Notes under the pieces: model-generated
Told to the model about the DNA's origin: nothing
The model's input: only the letters and a program-made list of their open reading frames with translations
Databases searched by the model: none
Translations under genes and position numbers: made by a program
Shown: one piece after another, positions 40,141 through 49,810 of the stretch
Numbering within the stretch: the first letter of the stretch is position 1
Layout: every line of letters begins with the position of its first letter
Origin: Phycisphaeraceae bacterium
Lineage (GTDB): Bacteria; Planctomycetota; Phycisphaerae; Phycisphaerales; Phycisphaeraceae
DNA length: 64,000 nucleotides
Direction: 5' to 3'
Assembly: GCA_963674705.1 (NCBI GenBank)
Contig: OY771506.1
Coordinates: 640,001 to 704,000, forward strand

Positions 40141-40950
40141 ATGGACAAGGTAGTGATTCTGGCCGGTGGTCTGGGCACCCGCATGCGTAAGCAGGACGAG
40201 GCCGCGGCCCTGACCGCCGCACAGGCCGAGGTCGCCGGGACCGGGGTCAAAGCCATGATCCCGATCGATCGGCCGTTCCTCGACTACGTCATCACCGTGC
40301 TCGCCGATGCGGGCTACAAAAAAGTCTGCCTGGTCATCGGGCCCGACCACGACAACGTCCGGCAGTACTACAACGTCACCAGCCCACCGAGTCGGCTAAG
40401 CATCGAGTACGCGGTCCAGCCTAAACCGCTGGGTACAGCCAACGCCTTGGCGGCCGCAGAAGCGTTCGTCGGCGACGACCACTTTCTCATGCTCAACAGT
40501 GACAACCACTACCCCCTTGATGCAGTAAGTGCGATGCGAGAACTGGACGGCCCGGGCCTTGTCGGGTTTGCACAACAGGCTCTGATCGAAGCCAGCAACA
40601 TCCCCGCCGACCGCATCCCCAAGATGGCGGTCGCCGAGATCGGGCCGGATGGCAACCTCGTGCGCGTGCTTGAAAAACCGAGCGAGCAGCAGATCGCCGC
40701 GTTCGGCGGCAAAGCCTACCTGAGCATGAACTGCTGGCGCTTCACGCCCAACATCTTCGAAGCATGTAAAAACATCAAGGTATCGTCGAGAGGTGAGTAC
40801 GAAGTGCCCGACGCGGCACAGTACTGCATCGACAAACTCGGTGAACAATTCAAGGTTCTCACTTCCGAATCGCCGGTGCTCGATCTGTCTTCACGGCAGG
40901 ACGTAGCGCCAGTTACCGAACTACTTGCCGGGCATAAGGTTTCTTACTGA
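40141..40950 (+). CDS. Sugar-phosphate nucleotidyltransferase
   Basis: VILAGGLGTRMR, KAMIPI, QPKPLGTA, EKP, SSRGEYE. Confidence 0.88.
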   Translation: MDKVVILAGGLGTRMRKQDEAAALTAAQAEVAGTGVKAMIPIDRPFLDYVITVLADAGYKKVCLVIGPDHDNVRQYYNVTSPPSRLSIEYAVQPKPLGTANALAAAEAFVGDDHFLMLNSDNHYPLDAVSAMRELDGPGLVGFAQQALIEASNIPADRIPKMAVAEIGPDGNLVRVLEKPSEQQIAAFGGKAYLSMNCWRFTPNIFEACKNIKVSSRGEYEVPDAAQYCIDKLGEQFKVLTSESPVLDLSSRQDVAPVTELLAGHKVSY

Positions 40951-42377
40951 TGCCAACCACGACAAACAATCTCGACGCCGCGGTAAACACACTGACTGAA
41001 TCCGGACTGCACCAGGATGCGGTAGAAACCAAGACAAAAACACTTGCCCGGCTGTACCAGACTCTTGCCAAGGTTAACGACAACCCGGCACGAGCGTACT
41101 TTGTGCCCGGTCGTATTGAAGTGCTGGGCAAGCACGTCGACTACGCCGGCGGCCAGAGCCTGACCTGCGCAACAGAACAAGGCTTCTGCTTCGTCGTCGC
41201 GCCGCGTGATGACTGGCGTGTGCGACTGATCGAACCCGTTCAAATATTAGAAGCCTCATTCCCTTTGGACCCGGAGCTCGAGCCTTTCACCGGAGACTGG
41301 ACGAATTACCCGATGACCGTTGCGAGAAGGGTAGCACGCAACTTTCTACCCAACCATAAAGGCAGGCACGCCGGCTGCGATATCGTATTCAACAGCGATC
41401 TGCCGCAAGCCGCAGGCCTGAGCAGTTCCAGCGCGATGATCATCGGCCTGTTCCTCGCGGTCGCGGAAGTCAATCGGCTTGGGCAGTTGCCCGAATTCAA
41501 GCAGGAAATCCACTCCGATCTCGATATAGCGGGCTATCTCGGTTGCGTCGAGAACGGCTCAAGCTTCGGCGATCTTGCTGGCGATCGCGGCGTCGGCACA
41601 AAGGGCGGCAGCCAGGACCACACCGCCATCCTCTGCGCCCGCGCCAACATGATCGGCCGATTCAATTATCGACCCGTCGAGCTTGTTCAGCGCACCGCTC
41701 TGCCCGAAGGCTACATCTTTGCGATAGGTGTCAGCGGCGTTCACTCACAGAAAACCGCCAACACGCGCGAACAGTACAACCGCGCGTCCGAGCTTGCCGC
41801 GGAAGCCGCACGCATCTGGCGCGAACATACCGGCCGAAACGATGAGCATCTCGCCGCGGCCGCAACATCTTCACCCGACGCCCAGGACCAATTGCGCAAA
41901 CTCATCGTTGATGCCGACAAACCGCTGCGCCAACGCGTCGAGCAGTTCCTCGATGAAAACTATCGCATCGTGCCCGGTGCATGCGAAGCGCTGGAAGCCG
42001 GTGATATGCAAACGTTCGGCTCGCTGACGGACGATTCGCAACGTGGAGCCGAATTAAAACTCGGCAACCAGGTCCCACAGACCGTGTACCTTGCCGACAG
42101 CGCGCGCAAACACGGGGCCGTGGCCGCGAGCGCCTTCGGCGCAGGCTTCGGCGGCAGTGTCTGGGCATTGATCCACGAAGATCAGACCGATGCTTTCTTA
42201 AGCGACTGGTCCGCGGATTACCGGAAGGCCTTCCCTGTTGAATCTGAAAACGCCAGCTTCATCACAACCCGCCCCGCCCCCCCCGCCATGCGGCTGGGGA
42301 TAAATCGACTCCAAGTAAAAAACAAACACCTTGCCTTACACGACGTAAGCCTTCCGACCCAACCGGGTCTGGACTAA
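40950..42377 (+). CDS. Galactokinase-like GHMP sugar kinase
   Basis: PGRIEVLGKHVDY, LPQAAGLSSSSA, GAGFGG; start overlaps the upstream stop (TGATG). Confidence 0.85.
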   Translation: MPTTTNNLDAAVNTLTESGLHQDAVETKTKTLARLYQTLAKVNDNPARAYFVPGRIEVLGKHVDYAGGQSLTCATEQGFCFVVAPRDDWRVRLIEPVQILEASFPLDPELEPFTGDWTNYPMTVARRVARNFLPNHKGRHAGCDIVFNSDLPQAAGLSSSSAMIIGLFLAVAEVNRLGQLPEFKQEIHSDLDIAGYLGCVENGSSFGDLAGDRGVGTKGGSQDHTAILCARANMIGRFNYRPVELVQRTALPEGYIFAIGVSGVHSQKTANTREQYNRASELAAEAARIWREHTGRNDEHLAAAATSSPDAQDQLRKLIVDADKPLRQRVEQFLDENYRIVPGACEALEAGDMQTFGSLTDDSQRGAELKLGNQVPQTVYLADSARKHGAVAASAFGAGFGGSVWALIHEDQTDAFLSDWSADYRKAFPVESENASFITTRPAPPAMRLGINRLQVKNKHLALHDVSLPTQPGLD

Positions 42378-42476
42378 GACATCTAATATAACTTATATTA
42401 GATGTCTTATGATGGGCCCTTCATGACCCAGGAGGACCGGGCTGATGTGTTTCAAGGGTTGGCGGACCCGATCAGG
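42375..42476 (+). repeat. Perfect 35-bp palindrome plus ArsR-like remnant, copy 1
   Basis: TAAGACATCTAATATAA-C-TTATATTAGATGTCTTA (42375-42409); the next ~65 bp align with 56840-56907. Confidence 0.85.
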
Positions 42477-42569
42477 TCAGAGGTGCCGACCTTACTGAGA
42501 AACAAGCCCCGGACCGCGTCCGGGCTTTTGAACGTTCTCAATCCAACTGGAGTTAGCGCCCCACTTTGA
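42423..42569 (+). pseudogene. Decayed ArsR/SmtB-family regulator fragment
   Basis: Manual translation MTQEDRADVFQGLADPIRSEVPTLLRNKPRTASGLL...; resembles the ArsR N-terminus (VFxALADPxR) and stops at 48 aa. Confidence 0.55.
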
Positions 42570-42712
42570 CCGTTCCGCTTGATGCCATCTCCACACAGGT
42601 GGTGATTCATGCAGATAGATACATTGTGCGCAGGAATAACGGTTCAAAAACGGCTGGACCGCAAGACCCTCGCCGGGCGAAGTGAAGTCTTAATTTAGTG
42701 TTGAAAACCAAC

Positions 42713-43918
42713 CTACAACGAATTCACGATCGTGCCTGTCGGCTTGGGCGTACCGGAGCCCGGCACACGTATCTGCTGCATCCTTCCAGTCGACGCCGAT
42801 TCACGTGCGGCCAGGCACATCGCGGCGCTGAGAAGGCCGTCCTTGAGTGTGGATTTGGATTCGGCCTGGCCACGGATCACGTGCAGGAAGTTCTTGACCA
42901 GCACGTGGTCGCCGCCGTGGTGCCCTTCCGCGACGGGCACGTGGATGTCGTCGACCGCCTGGCCGTGATGCTCGGTGACACGGATCTTCTCGGTGAACCA
43001 GTCGAAGTCGAGCGTGGCATAATAGCCGGTGATTCGCGCGCCACGCCGGCCGGCGCTTCGGCGAGAGACGAAGTTCTGCGTGTAGCTCAATTGCGTGGCG
43101 TCGTCATAAAGAACCATCGCGGCCCCGGCGTCCTGATTCTCGATCGAGCTGGAGAACGCGCAGGCATGATCCTTCTTACCCATCCCGCCGTCGTCGCCGC
43201 GCTTGAGAATGTTGGCCGGGCTCTCCGGACACAATTCGGTCTTTGGACATTGTGAGCACATCAGGTTGGCCGGCTCGTTGCCGCCATAAACCTTACGCGT
43301 GCTGGTCGCTGAGATCGCCAGTGGCGTCGCATCCAGCAGGTGGTTGATGTAGTCGAAGTCGTGCGTCGCCTTCTGAAGCCAGAGCCCACCGGTGGTCTGG
43401 TGATCCCGATACCACTGCCCGAAGTACACGCCGCCGTAAGGAACATCATTAAACGCAACAACCTGGTTGATGGTGCCCAACCGCCCGGACTGTACGATCT
43501 CGTTGACGCGCTGGCACAACGGCGTCATACGCAGCGGGAAAGACACCACGACATTCTTATCCCGTCCGTCAAAAGCCTCCGCCAGTTCCGCCAATTGTTT
43601 CGTGGTGATCGAGACGGGTTTTTCCAGAAACAGCGGCTTGCCCAGCGGCGCCAGTTTCACTGCGATCGGTGTGTGCAAATCACAACGTGTCCCAAGCATC
43701 AACGCATCAAAGTCATCCGCGTGTTCGATCAACTCGTCCGTCGAATCGTAGAAGATCGTCTCGTCAAACGGCACGCCCTCTTCTTTGAGATGCGACCGCG
43801 CGTTATCACCATCCGGGTCGGCCACCGCGACCAGCTTGACCTGCGGGTCCATATCCTGCGCGAGCTTGACTAATGATGCGGCTCGTAAACCGGAACCGAT
43901 GACTGCTAAACGGATCAT
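42713..43918 (-). CDS. Gfo/Idh/MocA family oxidoreductase
   Basis: AVIGSGLR, LFLEKPV, TGGLWLQKATHDFD, GHHGGD. Confidence 0.9.
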   Translation of the reverse strand: MIRLAVIGSGLRAASLVKLAQDMDPQVKLVAVADPDGDNARSHLKEEGVPFDETIFYDSTDELIEHADDFDALMLGTRCDLHTPIAVKLAPLGKPLFLEKPVSITTKQLAELAEAFDGRDKNVVVSFPLRMTPLCQRVNEIVQSGRLGTINQVVAFNDVPYGGVYFGQWYRDHQTTGGLWLQKATHDFDYINHLLDATPLAISATSTRKVYGGNEPANLMCSQCPKTELCPESPANILKRGDDGGMGKKDHACAFSSSIENQDAGAAMVLYDDATQLSYTQNFVSRRSAGRRGARITGYYATLDFDWFTEKIRVTEHHGQAVDDIHVPVAEGHHGGDHVLVKNFLHVIRGQAESKSTLKDGLLSAAMCLAARESASTGRMQQIRVPGSGTPKPTGTIVNSL

Positions 43919-43997
43919 TGCGTGATTAATCCTGGTAATGGTGAGGCCGGCAAAGCCGTCCGTTCTGCTGCATATCTATCCAAATCGACCGATACGT

Positions 43998-44858
43998 TTA
44001 CCTGTCATTCGCCGGGTTGGTATGACGCGGCCAGAACAGACGCTTGGCCCGTTCGAAGTCAGCCATGGTCATACTCTGCGCTTCGCCGGTGCCTATGATA
44101 TCGGTGGTACGCGCGGCAGGCACTGCGTGCCCATCGGCATAGAGTATATTGATCTTGCCGTTCTGATCGTCAAGCTCGCCGCTGTGTCGACCCCATTCTG
44201 GATAATTCCAAAGTAGCGTTGTCTGCTCAACGTCGCTATTGATTTTGGTTAGTTTGTTCGCCGGGATCCTGTAGTTAGGACTGCGTGTTTCAAACAGGTG
44301 GCCGAAGTAAATCTCACCGGTCAGCAGCAGCTCGGTAGGTGTGAGCATGTTATCGATCGGATGCCAGAGTTGGCCCGGCGTATAAGCGTCGATGCCGTCC
44401 AAGGGTCCGGGGACAGCCGAGTGATTCAAGCCATCCGCAATCGACAGGAACTGGTTCATGCCGTAGCTGCAGGCGACGTTGTTGTTCGGGTCGGTGGATG
44501 GCGCCCCGGTATTCACGACGTAGGGGTATTCGTCAGACGGGCAGACGAGGTTGCTGGTCGCCCCTTCTTCCACACTGCCCACAGCCGCCCCATCCAGGAT
44601 CAGCCGGTGCCACCAGCGGGTTTCAACACCATTCTCCTGGTAGATCGTGTAGGGCAGCAGCCCCTTGTTATTTGTGGCATACGACATCATGGCCACACCG
44701 ATCTGCCGCTGGTTGGATAAACACACAGCCCGCTGAGCGGTTTTCCGTGCCGCGCCCAAGGCCGGCAGCAGGATCCCCACCAGCAGAGCGATGATCGAAA
44801 TGACCACGAGCAACTCGATGAGGGTGAAAGCAAGTGTTCTTGGCCGTGCATGCTTCAT
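43998..44858 (-). CDS. Prepilin-type N-terminal / H-X9-DG-like domain protein (DUF1559-like)
   Basis: [25 protein letters not shown]...[20 protein letters not shown]...NILYADGHA. Confidence 0.9.
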   Translation of the reverse strand: MKHARPRTLAFTLIELLVVISIIALLVGILLPALGAARKTAQRAVCLSNQRQIGVAMMSYATNNKGLLPYTIYQENGVETRWWHRLILDGAAVGSVEEGATSNLVCPSDEYPYVVNTGAPSTDPNNNVACSYGMNQFLSIADGLNHSAVPGPLDGIDAYTPGQLWHPIDNMLTPTELLLTGEIYFGHLFETRSPNYRIPANKLTKINSDVEQTTLLWNYPEWGRHSGELDDQNGKINILYADGHAVPAARTTDIIGTGEAQSMTMADFERAKRLFWPRHTNPANDR

Positions 44859-44928
44859 GACTTGTTATCCTAGTCGTATCGATTAGATGTTACGAATTGA
44901 GGCCCAAAAGCGATGGAATACTGACAAC

Positions 44929-45019
44929 TTGTTAATACGACTTCATATGATAACACCTTGTCAACCCTATTTAAAGCCTATTTTGGTGATTTTGTGAATT
45001 TTCTAGTTGACAATACAAG
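44929..45019. promoter_or_regulatory. Putative GntR operator boxes in divergent promoter
   Basis: TTGTTAATACGA (44929) and CTAGTTGACAATACAAG (45003), similar to the boxes at 35170 and 35265. Confidence 0.5.
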
Positions 45020-45040
45020 CTACTCTGATAGATTGGGGGC

Positions 45041-46111
45041 ATGTCCGTGACAGACGTACCAAAATATGAGCAGGTCAAGCGCAGCCTGGTGAAAGAGATC
45101 CAGACTGGGCGCTGGTCACCGGGCAGCCCCTTCCCCTCCGAGAGCCAGTTGCTCCAACGGTACAAGGTCAGCAGGCCGACGCTGATCCGCTCGCTTCAGG
45201 AAATGGTGAGAGACGGCTATCTCTATAGAGAGCAAGGCCGAGGCACGTTCGTTGCCGACCCGAGCAAGAAGCCGGGCACGGATACCGTCGCGGTCTTCAT
45301 CTCCAATGATGTCGCAGCACTCAGCGGCGATGCCCGCGAAGTACAGCTCCGCATTATCAACGGCGTGCAATCCGCGCTAGGCCAAGGCCACCAGGCCATG
45401 ACCGTCCGTCAGGCCGGCCCCAACGTGATTGATCAGGACACTAAATGGTTTCTGGAACAGACTCGCCCCGGCACCGCGCTGGTCATCGAGCCATCGTTTA
45501 ACCCAACATTGATCCGCGATCTTCAAGACCGTGGCTGGAACACATGGGCGCTGAACGAGCCGTGCCCCGGTTGCCACAGCGTCTACATCGATCAGGATTC
45601 GGCAGGCTACCTGGCCGCGAAGTACCTGATCGACCACGGCTGCAAGCGCATCGCCCTGCTCAACGGCCCACAGAATACGTACTGGGGCTTTGAAGCCAGG
45701 CAACAGGGTTATGAACGTGCGTTGCATGAAGCCGGGCTGCAGGTCAATAAAGATCTGATCCGCAACGGCAAGCACGCGATCGACAGTGAAGCCGGCCGAT
45801 CGATGTTTAGAGATTTATTGGATGCGAACACGGAGCCGGACGGTGTGGTCGGCGCCAGTGACGCCAAGGCCATGGGCGCGATCGCCGCCGCCCTGGAAGC
45901 GGGTTTGGCCATCCCGACGGATATTCGGTTTGTGAGTATTGACAACACGTTGGCGGACCGTTCGGACCCGCCGTTATCAGCAGTAGCGCTGCCGTTCACG
46001 CAGTTAGGTGAGCAGGCCGTGATCCAGGCGGGCCAGGCCCGGCAGGGGTCCAAGGGCGCGGTCGCAATGAATATGCAGGTCTGTTTGCAACCTAAACTTA
46101 TCGAGCGCTGA
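45041..46111 (+). CDS. GntR-LacI hybrid (AraR-like) transcriptional regulator
   Basis: PSESQL...VSRPT...REQGRGTFV; AGYLAAKYLIDHGCKRIA, IPTDIRFVSID. Confidence 0.9.
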   Translation: MSVTDVPKYEQVKRSLVKEIQTGRWSPGSPFPSESQLLQRYKVSRPTLIRSLQEMVRDGYLYREQGRGTFVADPSKKPGTDTVAVFISNDVAALSGDAREVQLRIINGVQSALGQGHQAMTVRQAGPNVIDQDTKWFLEQTRPGTALVIEPSFNPTLIRDLQDRGWNTWALNEPCPGCHSVYIDQDSAGYLAAKYLIDHGCKRIALLNGPQNTYWGFEARQQGYERALHEAGLQVNKDLIRNGKHAIDSEAGRSMFRDLLDANTEPDGVVGASDAKAMGAIAAALEAGLAIPTDIRFVSIDNTLADRSDPPLSAVALPFTQLGEQAVIQAGQARQGSKGAVAMNMQVCLQPKLIER

Positions 46112-46164
46112 AACAACGCCGGCGTCGGCGGAGGAATCGCGCAAGTTCTCTGAGGAGGAGAGTG

Positions 46165-46836
46165 ATGATGCAACAAGTTCCCAAGTTTATGGCGGGGGCG
46201 TCTCTTGCCCTCGCCCTCGCGGCGGCCGGCACGGCGCAGGCCGGAACGTGGGCCACGATCACCATCGATGACGACTACAGCGATTGGGTAGGCGTCCCTG
46301 TCGTCGACAGTGATCCAGCGGATAACGTCGGCGGCGTCGACTTCTTCGAGGTCCAGATCGCCAACGACGCGGATTACCTCTATGTCCGCAATACGTACCA
46401 CACCGCCAACGCCATCAGCACATTCATGGGCATCGACATCGATGAAGACACCGCAACCGGTTTCAACATCTTCGGCCTGGACCTGATCGGCCAGGATGCC
46501 GGCTGGCAGAACGACTACCCGTTCACCTCCGGTGATGACGTCTTCAATGACGGCTACGGCATGTCCGGCGACTTCTTCGGCATCGGCGCCGGTCTGCTCG
46601 CTCCCTATGGCGACTTCGTTACCCGTGAAATGGCGATCCCGTTGAATGTCACACTCAACGAAGACGGCTCCCCGCTGTTCCCCGACGACACGATCCGGAT
46701 CCTCTTCTGGACCGATAGCGCCGGTGCTGCGGGTGGCGATGTCAGCGCAGTGATTGATTACCAGTTAGCGGTTCCCGAGCCGGCAAGCCTCGCGCTGCTG
46801 GGATTGGGCGGCCTGGCGATGCTTCGGCGTCGCTGA
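46165..46836 (+). CDS. Secreted PEP-CTERM protein with acidic beta-sandwich (CBM9/DOMON-like) domain
   Basis: GAGGAGG RBS, signal peptide, QIANDADYLYVR...IDIDEDTATGF, VPEPA tail. Confidence 0.8.
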   Translation: MMQQVPKFMAGASLALALAAAGTAQAGTWATITIDDDYSDWVGVPVVDSDPADNVGGVDFFEVQIANDADYLYVRNTYHTANAISTFMGIDIDEDTATGFNIFGLDLIGQDAGWQNDYPFTSGDDVFNDGYGMSGDFFGIGAGLLAPYGDFVTREMAIPLNVTLNEDGSPLFPDDTIRILFWTDSAGAAGGDVSAVIDYQLAVPEPASLALLGLGGLAMLRRR

Positions 46837-47019
46837 ACAATTTGGCCCGACATGACACCCGTTCATGGGCACGACCGCTGATCGTCGGCCCAAAAGGTAT
46901 CTAGTGGCCAAAACAACATTCAAACAAGTGAGTCTTTTCGTTAACGCGAATCGACTCACCTTCGACGGAAACGTACTTCAGGATTCATGTCATTGAGAAC
47001 CGTACAAGGACACACAACC

Positions 47020-48009
47020 ATGCATACCCGAAATGCACTCTTGTTGACCACCGCTGTCTTGACCTGCCTGCCGACTTCCAGCGCCTATGCCGGCTCGCTC
47101 GAAACCCAGAACAACCTCGTCGCCAATGGAGCGATCTACGTCGAGGCACTGGACTCCGACCGAACCGATTGGGACAGCATCACACCTTATCAGGCCGATG
47201 TGGACGCGGTGATCCCCGTGCTGAGCTACGGCACGATCAGCATCGCACACGACGACAACAACTTCTACTTCCGTCTGCAGATGGATCATTACGAAGAAGG
47301 AAACGCTGACCAATCCTGGTTCGGTGCTCACCACCAGATCCTCATCGATATCGACCAGAACCGCAGCACCGGCTGGATCGGCGGTGACGGCGACACAGGC
47401 ACCGATGATGACTACTTCGGCATCGGTGCCGATATTCTTATCGAGGGCCCGGCCGTGCATAAATACGGCAACCTCTCGAATCCCGGCGGCGCCAACCAGG
47501 AACTGTGGACATGGGCCAACCTCGTCCCGTGGGGCTTCGTAACCTATGACGACAGCCCGCCAAGCGACATCGAGATCATGATCCCCCGCTCGGACCTGCA
47601 GAACGCCACAGCGTTTAACTTCATCTGCGTAACTACCGACGCCACTTTCGTCACCACCGATGTCTACCCGACTACCGGTGTCTTCGATCCTCTGACACAG
47701 ACCGAAGCCGACGCTCAGTACTTTACCTACGACATGAGCTATGTCGATCCGGGCGTCGATGGCGACCTCAACGGCGACGGCTTCGTCGGCCTCGATGACC
47801 TGGACATCATCCTCACCAACTGGAACCAGAATGTGACCGTGGGCGATCAAGCCGATCCGAGCGGTGACGGTTACGTCGGCTTGGATGACCTGGACTTCGT
47901 TTTGAATAACTGGAACGCCGGGACACCCCCCGCTTCCGTCGTGCCCGAACCGGCAACACTCGCACTACTGGGCTTCGGTGGGATGGCCCTGCTGAGAAAA
48001 CGCCGGTAA
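47020..48009 (+). CDS. Secreted PEP-CTERM protein with the same beta-sandwich domain and dockerin-like repeats
   Basis: SIAHDDNNFYFR...ILIDIDQNRSTGWIGG; dockerin-like cassette; VPEPA tail. Confidence 0.8.
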   Translation: MHTRNALLLTTAVLTCLPTSSAYAGSLETQNNLVANGAIYVEALDSDRTDWDSITPYQADVDAVIPVLSYGTISIAHDDNNFYFRLQMDHYEEGNADQSWFGAHHQILIDIDQNRSTGWIGGDGDTGTDDDYFGIGADILIEGPAVHKYGNLSNPGGANQELWTWANLVPWGFVTYDDSPPSDIEIMIPRSDLQNATAFNFICVTTDATFVTTDVYPTTGVFDPLTQTEADAQYFTYDMSYVDPGVDGDLNGDGFVGLDDLDIILTNWNQNVTVGDQADPSGDGYVGLDDLDFVLNNWNAGTPPASVVPEPATLALLGFGGMALLRKRR

Positions 48010-48168
48010 TACTCCCTCCGTGGTGAGGCGCATGCGCGGGCGCCCGTTCAACGACGGACGCCCGCATTCATCTGGGGGATGAATGACAACGAATGAAGTG
48101 CGTTGCCGGAAATGGTCGGCGAACAATCGCCAACGAAGATACTTAATACCACAGACAAGGAGCCCTAC

Positions 48169-49776
48169 GTGCGGTTACCCCTTGCCATCCGATTCGCTTG
48201 CCCGCTGCTTGCCGTCGTGCTGTTAGGCCAGGCCAAAGCCAGCGCCGACCTCACCGCGATCGTGCCGGCCTACTTCTACCCCACCACCAACAGCCCGTGG
48301 GATGACCTCACCACCGCCGCCTCACGCATCCCCGTCACCGCGATCATGAATCCCGGCAGCGGCCCCGGCTCATCACAAGACTCGAACTACGTCAACGCCG
48401 TCGACACCTTCCGCACTGCAGGCGGAAAAGTGATCGCCTACGTTTACACCTCCTACGGCTCACGATCATCCGCACAAGTCAAGGCCGACATCGACAAGTA
48501 CGTCAACTGGTACAACATCGATGGCATCTTCTTCGATGAGTTCTCCAACGCCTCGTCCACCAGCACCCTGAATTACTACCAAGACCTCTACGACTACGTC
48601 AAAGGGATCAATTCGACGTGGGAAGTCATGGGCAACCCGGGCACGAACACCGTCGAGTCTTATTTGACGAGACCCGCTGCCGACAGCTTGCTTGTTTTTG
48701 AAAACTACGGCAGCAGTTACACCAGCTACACCCCCTCCGCGTGGAACTACAACTACGATTCCTCACAGATCGGCCACCTGATTCATACCACCAGCAGTGA
48801 AGCAGACATGCTCACTTACCTCGACCTTGCTGTATCTCGTAACGCGGGTCAGGTCTACATCACCGATGATGTGATGAATAACCCCTGGGACACGCTGCCT
48901 TCCTATTGGGACGCGGAAGTCGACCGCATCGAGCAGATCAATAACGGCAATATCGATCCCCCACCGACCGGTGGTACGACGTTAAGTAACCCGGTCGCTA
49001 ACGGCTCGATCGTCGTCACTACCACCGATCGTTCCGACTGGGCCGACATCCCCGCATACGATGCGGACGGCTCAGAAACCGGCGGCGTCGAAGTCGATTA
49101 CGAAACCATCCAGATCGCGCACGACGACACCAACTTCTACTTCCGCATGCTGCTCAACAGCTCTGTTTCGCTCAGCTATAAGCACAACGTCCTGATCGAT
49201 GTCGACTTCGACCGCGATACAGGCTTCATCGGCGGGGCCGGGCAGTTCGCTGTCGGCGCGGAGTATCTGCTGCAAGGCTCAAACGTCTACGAATTCACCG
49301 GCAGTTCACAAGGCGCGTGGAGTTGGAACTACCTGGGCACGATGTCTGTCAACGCCACGCCTAATACCGATATCGAAACGCTGATCCCCCGATCACTGAT
49401 CGGCAATCCTGACGGCTTTGACTTCGTCCTGTTTGCTGACAACGCCACCGTGGATATCGATTACTACCCGAACGTTGATCTTGACGCGTTCCGCTACCTG
49501 ATCGATATGCCTCTGGTCGGCGATCTGGATGGTGACGGCTTCGTCGGATTAAGCGACCTGGACATCGTCCTTAGCGCGTGGAACCAGACCGTCACTGCGG
49601 GCGACCTAGCCGCCGGCGACCCCTCCGGCGACGGCTTCGTCGGCCTCGACGACCTGGACCTGATCCTCAGCAACTGGAACGCGGGCACAGCGCCGACCAA
49701 TTCCAACAACATCCCCGAGCCTTCGACCTTGCTGCTTTTAAGCGCCGCCGGTGTTGCTACACTCTGCCGACGATAA
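48169..49776 (+). CDS. Spherulin-4 / GH135-like hydrolase with beta-sandwich, dockerin-like repeats and PEP-CTERM
   Basis: VPAYFYP, IMNPGSGPG, YVYTSYG, IDGIFFDE, GNPG, VFEN, VYITDD...NPWDTLPSYW. Confidence 0.85.
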   Translation: MRLPLAIRFACPLLAVVLLGQAKASADLTAIVPAYFYPTTNSPWDDLTTAASRIPVTAIMNPGSGPGSSQDSNYVNAVDTFRTAGGKVIAYVYTSYGSRSSAQVKADIDKYVNWYNIDGIFFDEFSNASSTSTLNYYQDLYDYVKGINSTWEVMGNPGTNTVESYLTRPAADSLLVFENYGSSYTSYTPSAWNYNYDSSQIGHLIHTTSSEADMLTYLDLAVSRNAGQVYITDDVMNNPWDTLPSYWDAEVDRIEQINNGNIDPPPTGGTTLSNPVANGSIVVTTTDRSDWADIPAYDADGSETGGVEVDYETIQIAHDDTNFYFRMLLNSSVSLSYKHNVLIDVDFDRDTGFIGGAGQFAVGAEYLLQGSNVYEFTGSSQGAWSWNYLGTMSVNATPNTDIETLIPRSLIGNPDGFDFVLFADNATVDIDYYPNVDLDAFRYLIDMPLVGDLDGDGFVGLSDLDIVLSAWNQTVTAGDLAAGDPSGDGFVGLDDLDLILSNWNAGTAPTNSNNIPEPSTLLLLSAAGVATLCRR

Positions 49777-49810
49777 ACTGTTGAGCAAATAATTAGCGCG
49801 TATCCTCATC

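Noticed and set aside
42375..42409. Palindrome as a canonical dif, parS or intrinsic terminator
   Set aside because: Does not match the XerCD dif 11-6-11 consensus or parS (TGTTTCACGTGAAACA); the stem is AT-rich with no U-tract
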